Shown here: positions 40,951 through 56,277 of the stretch, in pieces
Layout: every line of letters starts with the position of its first letter
How positions within the stretch are numbered: position 1 is the stretch's first letter
Assembly (NCBI RefSeq): GCF_009914755.1
Contig: NC_060926.1
Source: the human T2T-CHM13v2.0 reference genome, Homo sapiens
Direction: 5' to 3' (one strand)
Length of the DNA stretch: 64,000 bases
Made by a program: the position numbers and the translations under genes
The notes under the pieces: model-generated
The model's input: only the letters and a program-made list of their open reading frames with translations
Told to the model about the DNA's origin: nothing
The model's database searches: none

Positions 40951-43900
40951 GACCAACAAAAGCAGCATGCCTAATAGGCTTTAACTAAGATAATGTGGGA
41001 CACTAGTTGCTGTTGCTACCTATAAAGTGGTCATTAAGCATAAGTTTCTTTACCTCTTTCTCTTTTCAACATGTCTCAGGATGATGATGCATTTCCAGTT
41101 TAACCTCACAGGTCACCATCTCCAGACTTCTGATGGCTCTGAGAGCCCTACAAATAATTTGAAAATTACAGATAATCTAAAAGTGAGCTAACTTTCTTGG
41201 TTCATTACTGCAGAAACAGAATTGACAAAAATTGCATTACATGGGTGAGGAAGTGAGGATTGGTGGGCCCAGTGCTTTCATAGAGTATTCTGGGTGATCC
41301 CAACTTATACAGTTGAACTTGATCAAAACCGTCAAACTCATATCTATGTATTGTATTTAATAACTTTGCAGGATCAATAATTACAGTAGGTTGTCTAGAA
41401 ATACAGTCTTACTTTTAAGGAATCTGAACTATCTAGGCTATTTAAATATAGTGCCATTGTATATACTCTCCTAGATTTATTGTTCAGTATTAGCCTTTCA
41501 CCATCTATTGTCCATGAAAAATATTTATTAAAACTAGTCCCTGTCTTATGTTTTTTATATTCCTGAAATTCAGAATACTTTTTAAAATTATGACTTTTAA
41601 AAAAATCCATTGTGTTTTTTTTAGACTGACAAATTTTCACAACCACTAAGTTTAAAATATGTGCAATTACTTTGAACATTTGCCCTTAATACCAAATATC
41701 CGTAATGGACATTTTTAATAAAGTGTAGAAAAATTAACATCTACAGCTTTTCTTTCTTCAAAAAGGATAATGGTAAGTATACTGAGTCATTACAAGGGTG
41801 GTAAGGATGGGAGAGTATTTTGTTTCAATATGGAAGAAAGAGATCAAACCCTAGTGCTAAAGATGATTCATACAGTTTCCTAGTTCTACAGTAATGTTTA
41901 CAGCAACTGAGCATATCAAGTTCTTCAAGGAAAATGAGAAACTAAGCACAGCTGGTGGAGTGTGAAGCCCAAGATTGGTTAAATCTCCTCTGGCAAGATA
42001 GTTACTACCCTAACTTCTCTCCCCTGCTCACTGCAGGAACTGCTCTTGATTAGGTGGTAGGTTGATACTTCATTTATAATACAATATGAACAGTGATGTC
42101 TGAAATGGAGATATTTTGCATGTATCTCAGCAACTAAACTTTATACTAACTACACCAAGTAATGAAAATATAATAGATCCTAAATACATATATATGCCCT
42201 TGGCCATAATTTGAAGAATGATGGATGGATGAAGATGCAGATTAGAGCGATGTATTTATTTGATTTTTGTGATTATTGTTGTCTTGAAACTGTAGCATAA
42301 AGCATGCTGTTTTTCATAGTAGACAAAAGTGTATAAAGAAAATTTTGCTAAATTCCCTCACTTGCTTCTATTATTCTAATTTTGAATTTCTGTGTCTGCA
42401 ACACTGTGAATAGATTGTGGTATATAAACAAACACTACATACTAGTGGGAGTTTGATATTTAAATAAAGCTAGCTGCAAATCCTTTTGTAAGATGAAGTT
42501 TTTGGTAATTTAAAGAATTATATTTTATTTAATATATGCCAGAACTTTAGACTTTTCTAAAAGATTTGCTTAACCTTGGCTTCAGGGTAAATGCTAAAAG
42601 GTGGTTTAAGTAAAATCTAAATAGTGACATATATACATATATGTACACACACATATAGTTATTAAATATATATAGTAATTAAATTTGTATATATTTAGAC
42701 AGCAACATATTGTTAGTTTCCAAATAATAATTGAGTCAAGCGTCATTAGTGTGGCTTCTTGGTTCACGTATAGTCAGAAAACAACTCTCAAATGGATTAG
42801 TAATTTAAATGTAAATGAGGAAATTGTAAAAATGTATTTTTTAATAGACAAATCATTAACCTTATTTTTAACATGACTGTTGCAAATGATTTTCCCAGTT
42901 TGTATGTGTGTGTGTGTATATATATATATGTATGTGTGACAGTACACATGTGAATAAACATTTATGCAGAATTACTTTTCTAGTGCTTTCTAGAACTTGT
43001 TTACATTGCAGACAAGTTATGTAAAAAGTGTATAATACATAACAATATTTATGTGTAATACCATTTTAGGTATATATTTTTAGTTTTATCTTGATAATTT
43101 TTTTGTGCCTTTCAAGTTTTCTCCAATTAACTTACATTTCTCTTATAGTAAAAATGTTTTCGAAGTAGAATTGGTTCAGAATGTGTAATTAATTCATATT
43201 GCAAATCCAGGAGAAAAAATATGTAGTTAAAAAACCAACAAATATTTAATTAATTTTAAAAAATATTATTCCTTTAGAAAATAATTTAAATGTTTTAATT
43301 ATTATTACTACCAAAAATGCCGACATATAATTGTACTGACATTTGTCTTAGCTTACTCCAAAATAGAATTTTTGGTATACTAAGTTACATTTGGATATAG
43401 TTCATCACTTGGGTAGTTTGTTAAAGAGGAATTTTCTTCCTCTTTTTGAAAATCCCTGCCACTACAACTTTGTGTCAAAAAGCCAATCTATTCTGTCAGG
43501 GACCAATATGGTGCTTAAGAAATTGAAAACATTTCTGCTGGCAGGTTCACTATTCATTTCTGACACTGGCTGGTACAATATTGAGCACTTTAATTTATTG
43601 AAGTTGCTATTTGGAAAATAAAAGCCATACATTCTTCTACATGGAACCTATTTCAACATTTCTTTATATCTGTTTGGACACAGTTCATAGCTTTTTAATA
43701 AAACATTGCACATTCATCTTTTTAAACTGCAATATAAATGATAGGTAAAACTATAAACATTTGAATTCAGGATTAATTTTTAGCATTTGCAGAAATCATA
43801 GGATATCAAACTAAGAGCATTTTGAATGTGAATTTACAGAGAATTTCTGTTTCATTTTATTTGAATATATCTTCACAATTTGAGTATTTTGGATAGGATT

Positions 43901-44411
43901 TCAAATATAAATGCCTGTTTATAAAAAGCCCACTCTAATTATTTTATGTCAAAGTTACTACTTACTTATTTTTGTAAGGGATAGAGCAAACCTGTAAATG
44001 TGTTGATCACCTGCATTAATTCTTGGAACCAGAGTTCAGATGGCCAGAAATGGAGTCGGAGCCAATTACATTAGAAAGAGCCAAAGGTCAAGGCAGAAAA
44101 ACCAAGATAAGTCCAGAAACCCAAAGTCCTAGAGGTAGAAGCATGTATGAGGAACAAGTGTAGTTTTAAAAAGGAGTGAAGAAAGAAGGCTTCTGGGTGA
44201 TTTCAGTGACGGACATTGAGTTTAGGATTTACTTTTATGGGCTATTGATTACATCGGCAGATTAGGATGGCCTAATGGTAAAGCATCAGGCACATTCTAC
44301 TTGATAGATCTTGTTTTGTCTTGTTGGAGGCAGCTGTACACTTATCGTTAACAGTTTTTTTGTGTATGAATAAAGCTAACAACATCTATCCAATTTTGTT
44401 GAGCATGTTTG

Positions 44412-44453
44412 TGAACTTTTTTTTAGTAATAATGAACTTTTTTTTAGTAATAA
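44412..44453. repeat. Perfect 21-bp tandem duplication
   Basis: tgaacttttttttagtaataa x2. Confidence 0.95.
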
Positions 44454-44677
44454 TGACTATTTCAAACAGGGCTCAATTTGAAATAGTCAAATCTTGTACT
44501 CATCAAATCTTATTAAGAATCCTTTATTTAAGTGTGATATTTGAATTAACACTATATACTATACACTATATTGGAATTATTAACACTGTACAATGTAATG
44601 TGATAGGATTTTATTCAATTTTACCTATATGGGTTGCTAATTTCCAGCAGTGAATTAGAGGCTGTAATTCTTATTAA

Positions 44678-44985
<308 letters not shown>

Positions 44986-45291
44986 AAGCAAAAGTTATTT
45001 TTTAAAGCAACAGTCATATTGTTATGTTTAATCCATATTTTACATGAAAATACCTGTTAAAAATATCCTTGTAAATTTAAAAAAAAAGCTCAAAAATTTT
45101 GTTGTCATTGCCATTAGTGTCTTCTTTGAGTGCACACTAGGTCTGCATAACAGATTTTAGAATATATCAAGGCACATCCTCAATCTGCTGAATCTAATAT
45201 GTGTTTAACACACTCCCTAAATACAAAATAATAGCTGCATACTGCTCCCTTCTGTAATACTCACAGTAAGTCTCTGCCATTACCCACAACT

Positions 45292-45445
45292 GCAGTAATT
45301 CTAAAATTTTAGGGTGTAAACTTTCAATTACAGTTTATAAATGTCCCTTCCGGATACAGTAGGTCTTATATATACACATTTTTTAATGTACATTCTAGGT
45401 GATTCTAATACAGGATATCCATAGATCACATTTTGAGAACATCAC
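45292..45445. mobile_element. MER5-like hAT-Charlie fossil
   Basis: cagtaattctaaaatttt ... ctaggtgattctaatacagg...cacattttgagaacatcac. Confidence 0.5.
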
Positions 45446-46339
45446 AGTACTACCTATGGGCAGCAGCTAAGCTGCCCTATGTCAACAGGGCCTCCTCCTG
45501 GCTAACCATGACAATTTTAATCCAAGTTTGAATACTTAGCACCTTTTTCTTTTGTCCATTCAAGAATGCCATCTTCACAACACCCCAGAGAGTCTGGTTA
45601 AATTCATCTTCAGAAATACAGTTTATTGGTTTATACAGGCTTTGCCCTTCATCTTTTTTTTTTTTTCTAAACATTTGTCTAATTAAACCAAGAAAACTAA
45701 TTTCCAGTGGTAAAGAAAAACAACCCCTACCACAGCTGGAAACTATAAGAAGTAGTGTTATTACATGTTATTAGGAAAAAAATAAAGCCCCACATTTTGA
45801 AATAAATTAAGATATAACAATCAAGTACTGTGATGAAAAACACTCAAAATTCTCTTTCAAATTTTTATGATAGATTCTATTGACATTCTCCATGTACCAT
45901 GTATATCTGCTTTTCTCATAATTTTAGATAATAGAAAATCATGGTTGAAAACATCCAGACAGTTATTTGTATTTAATTTTTAAAAATTTTTCTCTTTTAA
46001 GTCAAAATCAATTGTAAAATTAAAGTATTACATATGGGAAAATGTATTGTGACATGTAAACTATTAATATTTATATACTTTGCATTTTTATATACATATT
46101 TTGACATGAGGAATCTGTAGGTTAGGAACTGTTATATTCTGCCAGTTCAGCCAAGTGTATAGTAAGCAACTACATACTTCTGCTATTGATAGTAGTGGGG
46201 AGTATTTTAAACATTGTTTCCAATTAATGATGTGAGCAGAGAACATCATTCTTGATCAAGGAACCCTAAGTTCATTTACTTTTGTTGTAGAAACACAACA
46301 AAGTCTTTGAGAACATCTAGTCAGTAGGAGCGATCTGCA

Positions 46340-47196
46340 TCACTGATTTCTAAAATGTAGTCTGCAGACCAGCACCGTCAGTATCATCTTGGAAATTTTC
46401 AGAAATGCAATTTCCTGGGCCTCACTTCAGACTTACCAAGTCAGAAACTCCAAGTGAGGCCCAGCAATCATCTTTTAAAATATATTTTTATTGATATATA
46501 ATAGTTCTACATATTTTGGGGGTACACGTGACAATTTGATACCTGTATACAATATGTAATGATCAAAGCAGGATAATTTGGTTATCTTTTCTTTATGTTA
46601 GGAACATTATAGTTCTTCCTTTCTATTTTGAAATATACAATAAATTATTATTAACTATAATTTCCTTACTGTACTATCAAATACTAGAACATATTCCTTC
46701 TATCTAATTGTATTTTTGTACTCCTTAACCAGCTCTCCAATGCCTCTTCCTTTCCCTCTCCAGCCTCTGGTAACCATCATTCTACTCTCTAACTCCATGA
46801 GCTCCACTGTATTAGCTCCCACATGAATGAGAACATGTGGACATTGTCTTTCTGTACCTGGCTTATTTCACTTAACGTAATGGCTTCTAGTTCCAAGCAT
46901 ATTGCTGAAAAAGATCACAGGATTTCATTCTTTTATGGTGGCTCAATAATATTCCATTATGTGTATATGTCAATTTTCTTTATCCATTCATCCATTGATG
47001 GACACTTAGTTTGATTCCATATCTTGGCTATTGTGAATAGTGCTTCAGTAAACATGTGAGTTCAGATATCTCTTTGATACACTGATTTCCCCCACTAGTT
47101 TTTTTTTTTTTTTTTTTTTGCAGTGGGATCCAGCAAACGTCTTTTAAGAAGTCCTCCATGTGATACTGTGTATATTTAAGTTTGATAACCATTGAT
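46340..47196. mobile_element. MER5A hAT-Charlie element split by an L1 insertion
   Basis: Left arm gaccagcaccgtcagtatcatcttggaaattttcagaaatgcaa...cccagcaatc; right arm aagtcctccatgtgatac...aagtttgataaccattg. Confidence 0.75.
46473..47090 (-). mobile_element. 5'-truncated L1MA 3' end
   Basis: tttttattgatatataatag...aatgatcaaagcagg...ctcccacatgaatgagaacatg; TSD ccagcaatcatctttt/ccagcaaacgtctttt. Confidence 0.9.
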
Positions 47197-47677
47197 CTGC
47201 ATACATGGAGGTGTCACATGTGATGGGGAGTATATGACCAGTCGTATCGTAAGAATCCAAGAAAATTCTCAATAAATTATCTCTCCTTAATTATTACAGA
47301 AAAAAATGTTATTAAAGAAACAATCAGGGGATCCAGCAAAAGCTGACAATGCACAGTAGTTTAGAAACCATAAGATGCAAACAAAACAGATATTAAAGTC
47401 AGGTGTTAATCAGAGTACTGGCAATTGCATTGCTTCCATATGCACAGCAGATTGTAATCCATGAACAAAAACTCCAAAAGGACAAATAGAAAAAAATTCT
47501 CTCTGCTTTTCCTTTGTCAGAGCAACTTACTGCTTAGCATTCTGGGTGACGGTTCATCTGTTTCCTTCTTGTCAACATGCTGACAGCCAACACCAATCAA
47601 CACTTATTCCTGTTTCCTTGTTTATCTCTTTTTTGTTTTTCTTTGTAAAACCTTCTTTGTCCAAAATCAGAGTTTTG

Positions 47678-48043
<366 letters not shown>

Positions 48044-48730
48044 CTACATTTCAAAGCTATATAATATTTTGTAAATTCTTCCACCCAAAACTACTGTTTT
48101 TCCACTTTTGACTTTGAAAACTCTTTGGACATAGCATGACTTACAAGATAGGGTGATACATCAAAATATAAATGGAATGTAATTAGTCCCATGAAATATA
48201 TGTATACATTCCCCACTTTTGCTATGCTAGCCTTTATTCACTTTCCTCATTTCTGCCTTTCTACACATTTACTTCTTGTCACTCTGGGATGTTATCTTTC
48301 ATTTTCATTTCATTATCTTATCCTTTATTCCCCTCCTTTTCCAACTTTCCTGTTTTAATAAGAGCATTTTTCCGAAGTATGAGATTCTCTTTTGATTCAT
48401 TATTTGATTTACTTAGTCACATTTTCATTTTTTATTTTTTCAGGTTCGTTCATTCCCACCCCCATTCCTTCATCCATGTCCCCGTTGTCTCTTGCTGTAG
48501 TCCACCTTTTTCCTTCTGGGCCTTATTTAACTGTCTTTTGATATCTCCCCTTCCTGAGGACCTTCTGTTTCTTAATTTTTTTCCTCTTGTCTCCTTTTTT
48601 GCTCGTTTCTTAATAAAATGGTGCTCTGAGTAAAACGCATGTTGTGTGCAAAGTTCTAAATTTTTCTTAATCATAGCAAGATGAATAAGGCATGGTTCTT
48701 GCCTGTAAAGAAGGCAGCATTCACAAAGAC

Positions 48731-49040
48731 TTTTATTTTTATTTTATTTTTATTTTTTTGAGACGGAGTCTCGCCCTGTCACCCAGGCTGGAGTGCAGTG
48801 GTGTGAGCTCGGCTCACTGCAACCTCTGCCACACGGGTTCAGGTGATTCTCTTGCCTCAGCCTCTGAAGTAGCTGGGATTACAGGCATGTGTCACCACGC
48901 CCGGCTAATTTTTGTATTTTTAGTAGAGATGGGGTTTGCCATGTAGGCCAGGCTGGTCCCAAACTCCTGACCTCATGTAATCCACCCACCTCAGCCTCCC
49001 AAAGTGCTGGGATTACAGGCTTAAGCCACCACGCCCGGCC
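48731..49040 (-). mobile_element. Alu (AluS)
   Basis: (TTTTA)n tail and reverse Alu body. Confidence 0.97.
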
Positions 49041-49762
49041 TAAGGCTTTGTTTTCTTATTGTCTAGTATGCCAACTTTAACTGTGCCACCGCACCCAGGA
49101 GCATTCAAAAAGACTTCTGACGCACGCCTCTAAAATGTATCCTGTTCGTTTGTCAGCTGGGCCCTTAATATTTTGTGATAATTTTTTTACTCATTTCTAA
49201 TTGTTTCACTTTCACACTTGCCTCATTTTCTTTTCTTCCCTGAAGCCCCATCTCAGTCACCATTGTGTTAGAAGCTGGCTTGCCTCCAGATTCACACACA
49301 CAAAAGATACCATTGATCATACATTTTCTCAACTTTTGATTTCCTCTTCTCTCCCTTCAAGCCCCACACTTCACCTGGTAAATCGTCCAGTACATCTCAA
49401 GTTGCATACATTCCTACCTCATTTTCTATTTCACAAGGAGTGGCTCACCTCCTTGCCTGTGGCATAGTAATTTTTATATGCCCAGTACCTGGCTCACGAG
49501 AGGAACTTAAACATCTGTGGAACCAAATTAAGGTACATTTTCCCACCCGTACTCTTGAAACCATTTCCTCCACTCTTTATGGCCCATCACTTACTTTTGC
49601 CATGTTTTCATTTCCTTGACTTATTTTTGTTAGTTTTTGAGGGCAGAATTTCCATCTCTGATTCCCAACATCTTAGTAAGTAGCAGAAATTCTCAAAACA
49701 GTTTTGCAATGAGAGAATAAACACTGAATCCATCATGTTGTCTGCTATGAAAACTGGTAACA

Positions 49763-50198
<436 letters not shown>

Positions 50199-50224
50199 TC
50201 ATACTGTTTTCATATATATATATA

Positions 50225-50610
50225 GTTTTTTTTTTCATTTTTTTATTATACTTTAAGTTCTAGGGTACATGTGCACAACGTGCAGGTTTGTTACATATGT
50301 ATACATGTGCCATGTTGGTGTGCTGCAACCATTAACTTGTCATAGGTATATCTCCTAATGCTATCCTTCCCCGCTCCCCCCACCCCACAACAGGCCCTGG
50401 TGTGTGATGTTCCCCAGCCTGTGTCCAAGTGTTCTCATTGTTCAGTTCCCACCTATGAGTGAGAACATGCGGTGTTTGGTTTTCTGTCCTTGCGATAGTT
50501 TGCTCAGAATGATGGTTTCCAGCGTCATCCATGTCCCTACAAAGAACATGAACTCATCCTTTTTTATGGCTGCATAGTATTCCATGGTGTATATGTGCCA
50601 CATTTTCTTA
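50225..50610 (-). mobile_element. 5'-truncated L1PA (PA4-5-like) 3' end, ~385 bp
   Basis: ttattatactttaagttctagggtacatgtgcacaacgtgcagg is the primate L1PA 3' end; inserted in a (TA)n run. Confidence 0.95.
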
Positions 50611-51469
50611 TATATATACACATACACCCAGATAGAAGTTGTGCTTTACATTTAGCATAAGTGTTGATATGAACTCATTTCTTCTTTTTCTTTACTTTGT
50701 CCTTTCCAGTTTGCATATCATGTATATTGCAAGACTATGTAGAATCAAAATATACATGAGATCCTCCTAAAACCCACTGTTATCTCTGGGAGTGTTAAAT
50801 ATTGCTTCAATAAACAAAATAGAGGGCCTTAAAGTGCTTCTTATAAATGATTTATTGGTAGGTGGACGTTTTCTCTGTACTTTAAATGTTTGAAATATAA
50901 CAGCAAGAACAATAAAAATGTGTACTGTAAGAATCCACTTTTCCGATGGGTGTTGCGTTTTCTGATTTGTGATATTAGGTCACCAGCAGACTCCAGAACA
51001 GTTTGGGAATTTTTTGACTACACGTAGTTTCCTGGGTTTTTCAGAATGAATTATAGTCAAGGATATGGAACTAGAGACTTGCATTTAGGCTCTTTGCCCA
51101 CCTCTCTTCATAGATCAGAAACTGAAGTCTGAGAACAGTCTCAGAGTGGGAAGAGATCAGAAAGAATTATGTTCTTCCTGCCCTTTCAGTTTGGAGCATT
51201 TGGTAAAGCTGCCTGAAAACCTGGCTTTTAAAACCAGGCATAACACTTCAGGTTATGTTTCATTTATTCTCACTAAAATATGAAGAGCTTATTCCACTGT
51301 GAAAGGATCAGAGAAATTGGCTCTAGCATATCTGTTCTTGTTGTTGCTGCTGCTTCTGCTGTCATAATGATATTTTTCTTAATCACCCCTAGTTTGCAAG
51401 ATGCCAAACAGAAGATATAAGAAGATCGTATCTTTTCTTAGGGAATGCATATTCATAATAGAGATACAA

Positions 51470-51471
<2 letters not shown>

Positions 51472-51513
<42 letters not shown>
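51472..51513. repeat. (AC)21 microsatellite
   Basis: Perfect dinucleotide run. Confidence 0.98.
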
Positions 51514-51517
<4 letters not shown>

Positions 51518-51699
51518 ATGCAAAATGCCCTTTGCCAAATTCTCAGGGGGAAAAAAATTGTGCCTTGTTTTTGCTATTTTTGTTTTCTGCCATTTTATTT
51601 CTTCTGGGTGGGGATATAAAAAAAGATGGTCCTAAAATCTTTAAACCATAAAAATGAAGACACACCTACTGATACAGCACATAAAAGAAATCAGGATGA

Positions 51700-51850
51700 T
51701 AATAATGACAATAATTATTGAATGCCTCTATAGTACCTCTAACAAGTACTTATACAAGACAGCAGGGCAGAAATAATTGTCCTTAATTTATGTGGAAGGA
51801 AACTGAATCTCTGAATGATTAAATGACTGGCCAAAGGCTACAGATATGTA
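51700..51850 (-). mobile_element. MIR SINE
   Basis: ggaaactgaatctctgaatgattaaatgactggccaaaggctacag is reverse MIR core. Confidence 0.65.
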
Positions 51851-52471
51851 AAGTACCTGCGCTCTTTTTGTCTAACATTTTGGAAGACATCAGAATGAAG
51901 GCAGCAGAATTGCTTGCAGAGAACAGTATTAGGAAATGTATTATCAAAGATGCACTGTAAAGTTTGAAAAAATATTTGAGAGACTAATAATTTTGAAATA
52001 CTTGTAATTTATTCTCTGAAATTAAAATTGGCCTAGTATGTGTAAAAGTATAGCAACACTTGGTTTATGAAGCATTTAATTGGTGGTGACTGTGGCTTAC
52101 CAACTTAAAATTATATAGAAAATCAAGTATATTGATGAAAAAAATTAAGTTACCTGTTTGGCTCCAAAATTTTCTTTTATATAGGTAGTAATAGATAAGA
52201 AATTAGAATCTGGAGTCAAGGGAAATATGCTAACAGTGAATAGGCTCAGATATATAGAATAGTTTTGAAAGCACAGTAATGTGTTTTATGTCACTTGATC
52301 TGTACAACATCCCTGTGGGGTTGTCAGGATTTGTACACGGGAAAACTGGGAACACCAATAGCCAAGCAACCTGATTATAAATGGTGAACCCACATCTTCT
52401 GATATCTATTGGGTTCATCAAAACATGATAACCATGAGTCATTAGAGTCATTAAAAAAAGATCAAATACAA

Positions 52472-52987
52472 TGTTTCAGTTGTCTGTTATCCCAAAAACG
52501 TAGTGGCCTAGAACAACACTAGTCTCATTATTTTCTCATATGTCTGCAACTTGGGCAGGGCACTAGGGAGTTGCTCATCTCTGCTTCGTGGAGTGTTTCA
52601 GCTAGCTCAACTCAGCCGAGCTGGAGGATCCACTCATAAGGTTATTCACACATGTGTATGTCTGGCAAGTTGACTTTGGCATTGGCTAGAAGCTTATCTG
52701 GGGCTATCAGCTAGAAACTTCAGACCTCCTCCTCCTGGAGCTCTCCATGAGACTCAGGGCAGTTGGACTTCTGACAGGGCAACTGGCTTCCTCTAGAGCA
52801 CAAAGGCAGAAGGTGCCAGGCCTTCTGAAGTCTGAGGCATAGAAATGGCTCAGTGCTACATTCACCACATTCTACTGGTTAAATATCGTCACAGGCCAAT
52901 CCAAACCCAAGTGGGGAAGACTACACAAGGGCATAAATCATAGGTGGTATGGTTCATTGAACGCTACTGATGTAACAGACTATTACA
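52472..52987 (-). mobile_element. MLT1 (G/H-like) MaLR solo LTR
   Basis: cccaaaaacgtagtggcctagaacaac...ctgcaacttgggcagggc...gctggaggatccac...cacattctactggtt...acacaagggcataaat...tattaca. Confidence 0.8.
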
Positions 52988-54947
52988 TCACACTGAGTTT
53001 AGAATATTCTGATCAACAAAGACAGAGACGTATACATTTTTTGGAAGATTTCCAACAAGTCACGTATTTACAAAGATAAATTTAAGTTAATGGCAAATAT
53101 TACTTCCTCCAATAAGCCTGGGAAAAAAATCAAAAGAATAAACTAATTTCAAGAGCATTCTAAAATAATGTAACTTAACTATTTTTTCCCCTTAAGCAAT
53201 GAAAGCAAAATTTGTAATCTGACCTCAACTAGATCTTTCCAGTGAGGATGTGATGGACTACCCATTGCTTAGCATTGGATCTTCTTAGGGAAAGTGGTCA
53301 ACATTCCCCAGAATTCTCTACTGGATAGAGAGACAAGAGAATAGCCTCTCATTCGTATTACCATATTACCTTGTAGAAATCAATTCTATTGCATATAGGA
53401 CACATTTTTGAGGATTAAGTGAATAAGATATCTTAGAGATTAGTTACAGGTTTGTCTGTTATGTGTTCGGCTCTGTTCAGCAAGAGGCATCTGCAATTCT
53501 ATTAAGAATTGAAAAATCAACCATTGTCAACGACTTTACATCTGGGAAAGGCAACACAGTTCTTTCCATTTAAGTACATAGACTGACCCTGAAGGAATTT
53601 GATCAAAAATTTGAGCAAGTCCTTGCCAAATAAAAAAAAGAAAACACCACCCTCTTCTCCCCTGAGCAAGACTAGGATCCTTCATGGGATATTTATCAAA
53701 TGCAATGTCTACCTTGCTAACATCCCTTTACACTAGTCTAGTCATTCTTTAAATCATAAATAGGACTCTCTGGAGTGTTTCAAGGTATAGCAAATCAAAT
53801 ATAACAGGACTTCAAAAGCAAGAGTTTTCCAATTTATTCTTCTACCAATCTTGTGAGCCAGAAAAGAATTTTCTGTCAGTTGGCACTAAACTGTAGCACT
53901 CTGCTGTGAATGCTCCTTCCTTTAGCAGCCAGGCTAAAAAGCAAGAGGACCAAATAGCTATGAGGGACATGTTTTTCTAAGAATGAGAAAGCATGACACC
54001 TTCATCTCAAGTAATCTATAGACCAGAAAATGTGAAAATTCTGGAAGCCATTAAATGAGAGCCAAGAAAAAACTAATTTGAGAGAAAAATTGTCTTCTGG
54101 AGTGTGTGACTGGAGTGCTCAAGTTCACTCAAGTTTCATCCTCAATTGCCTTGGAATTTATCCCAATTTTTTTATTGCTTTACATAACAATGTAAGAGAT
54201 GTGTAGATTAAATACGGAAACTATTAAGAAAAATGAAATTCTGTTGAATTCATTACTTGGGATAAGACATAAATCCTGAGGGTTTAAATTTTGGAAGCCT
54301 TAAATCCCATTGCCTCCAACTCATGGTTTCCAAGTACCTTGTCCCTAGTCCCTGGGTCTGGCTATCTAGAGGGCAGAAGTAACAAAGACTGCTATGATCA
54401 CTTCATGGTGACACAGAGGTTATGTAAGTAAAATAGCATTTTCAGCAAGCATTTGCTGTACATGATTCAGGCACCCCTCATTTTGTAGTTTTGCGTAGGT
54501 CTGGTACTTTCGTTGCATCTCTTTAAGCAGATTACAGAGAGGAATCACATTCACCTGAAACATCTGATTAGGTGCTATTATTTAAAACGTTATATGATTC
54601 ACAGTGATGTCTCTAACTTTAACCTTGTGTATGTTCAAATGTTATCCTTACCATGTTGTCTAACTATTGATAGGCTGCTATGTGTCCATGCTCTTTTGAA
54701 TCTTAGGATCCCTCTACCAACTCAGTCCCAGTGCAAAATGCAGCAGTATTTTAATATATCCATTAGGTATTGCATGCTTCCCCCCCCCATGTGAGTATTC
54801 CTAAGATAGTAGATGGGATGTAATAATAGCCAGATTAAAGTAAAGAATTCAGTGGCTTAATTATAAGGAATTAGCTTGACAGTTATCACAAAATTTACAT
54901 TTTTAATCCAAATAAAATATTTTTGTATTGGGAAGATAAAACTCTTA

Positions 54948-54950
<3 letters not shown>

Positions 54951-55000
<50 letters not shown>
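54951..55000. repeat. (GT)25 microsatellite
   Basis: Perfect dinucleotide run. Confidence 0.98.
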
Positions 55001-55002
<2 letters not shown>

Positions 55003-56277
55003 CTTTATGTTTCTATGTCCAGTATCTTTGAGTGGAGAAGGGATTAATCTATTTTATATGTGCCCAGCTTTGCACATATAAAATATGTGCAGGCCCCATC
55101 GTGTATGGGGCCTCTGTATGCTGACATGTGCATGACAGAATAGGATTGAAGCTGTTTTGGAGGCCTTGCCTCTTACTATCTCCATATTCAGAATAGTGGC
55201 AATGAGCAAGTGGTAGAATATTCCATGATTTGAACAGTGTGGGGAAATCAAAGCAAAGTTGCTCAGAATGATAGGCTTGCAGTATTTTGTATTTACTAGA
55301 TGTGTGAAAGATGAAAGAGGTTTTTCAGGAAAGGGTTATAGTATAGATGTTTTATTTTGAATGGTAACAGATAAGGTTAAAGTTTGAAGTATTACACTGA
55401 GTAAACTAGAGATTGGAAATATTTTACATCAACTCACTACCAAATCAACTGAGCTGCGAAATAGTTGAGTAAAAATATATACCTTACAAAGGTGGTGATA
55501 GTAATACTCAATTTTGTTTTAACCATCCAGGCGTAGATTGGAGTACATTAAGTGGGGGAAATGAGGCTAGGGTGATTTTGCAGGTCCGGAACAAGATGGC
55601 TTTTAGTTTCAATACGGCATGTGCAGCAGCCAACAAGGAAAGGGATATGTGATATTAAGTATAATCGTGGTTATGATTAAATAAAAACCAAGTTTTAGAG
55701 AGTATTTTAGCAGCATCACATTGAACTAAAGAGCAAAGTAAAATTCAGCACAGTGCAGATAAAAAATATTCTTCATGGCACTTCTGCTTATTTATTTATT
55801 TAGGAAGGTGCTATTTAAAAAAAAATGTTCCAGGTCAATTAAATATAAATAGTAAGCCAGAAGACACTGAATTCCATTACTGACACTTGGTAATATTCTG
55901 TATATTTGTTTGTTTGTTTGTTTCTAATGGAAGCAGTGATGCTTGAAATTAACTGTAATTAAATGCAAAGGAAGTTACTCTTATTTTTTTTAAGTCAGAG
56001 TTTCTATTGCTATACAAATGTTAGTGTATTCTCATTGCTTGTATTATGAGATTTTAACATACTTTATATAATTAAGCAAATACTTTATTGCTGTATATAC
56101 ATAGGAGTTTAGTTTAGATTCCCGCCTCTTAAAAAGCCAACATTGTGTCCATTGAACTGTTGTGCCTGTACACAAGATGGTTCATTTTGTTGAGCACATT
56201 TCTTGCAGGGGCATATATAACACCTAATGGCAATGTCTGCAAGGATTGAATGACAGAACCAAGAGTTTCTTTGATGA

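Noticed and set aside
43990-44290. Purine-rich segment resembling an ancient LTR
   Set aside because: Cannot match termini or family from memory
45477-45674. 65-aa minus-strand ORF
   Set aside because: Starts across a poly-A run, no homology recognised, no good splice context
55560-55620. CCGGAA plus AAGATGGC (ETS/YY1-like) promoter motif pair
   Set aside because: Context resembles a decayed L2 fragment and there is no CpG enrichment
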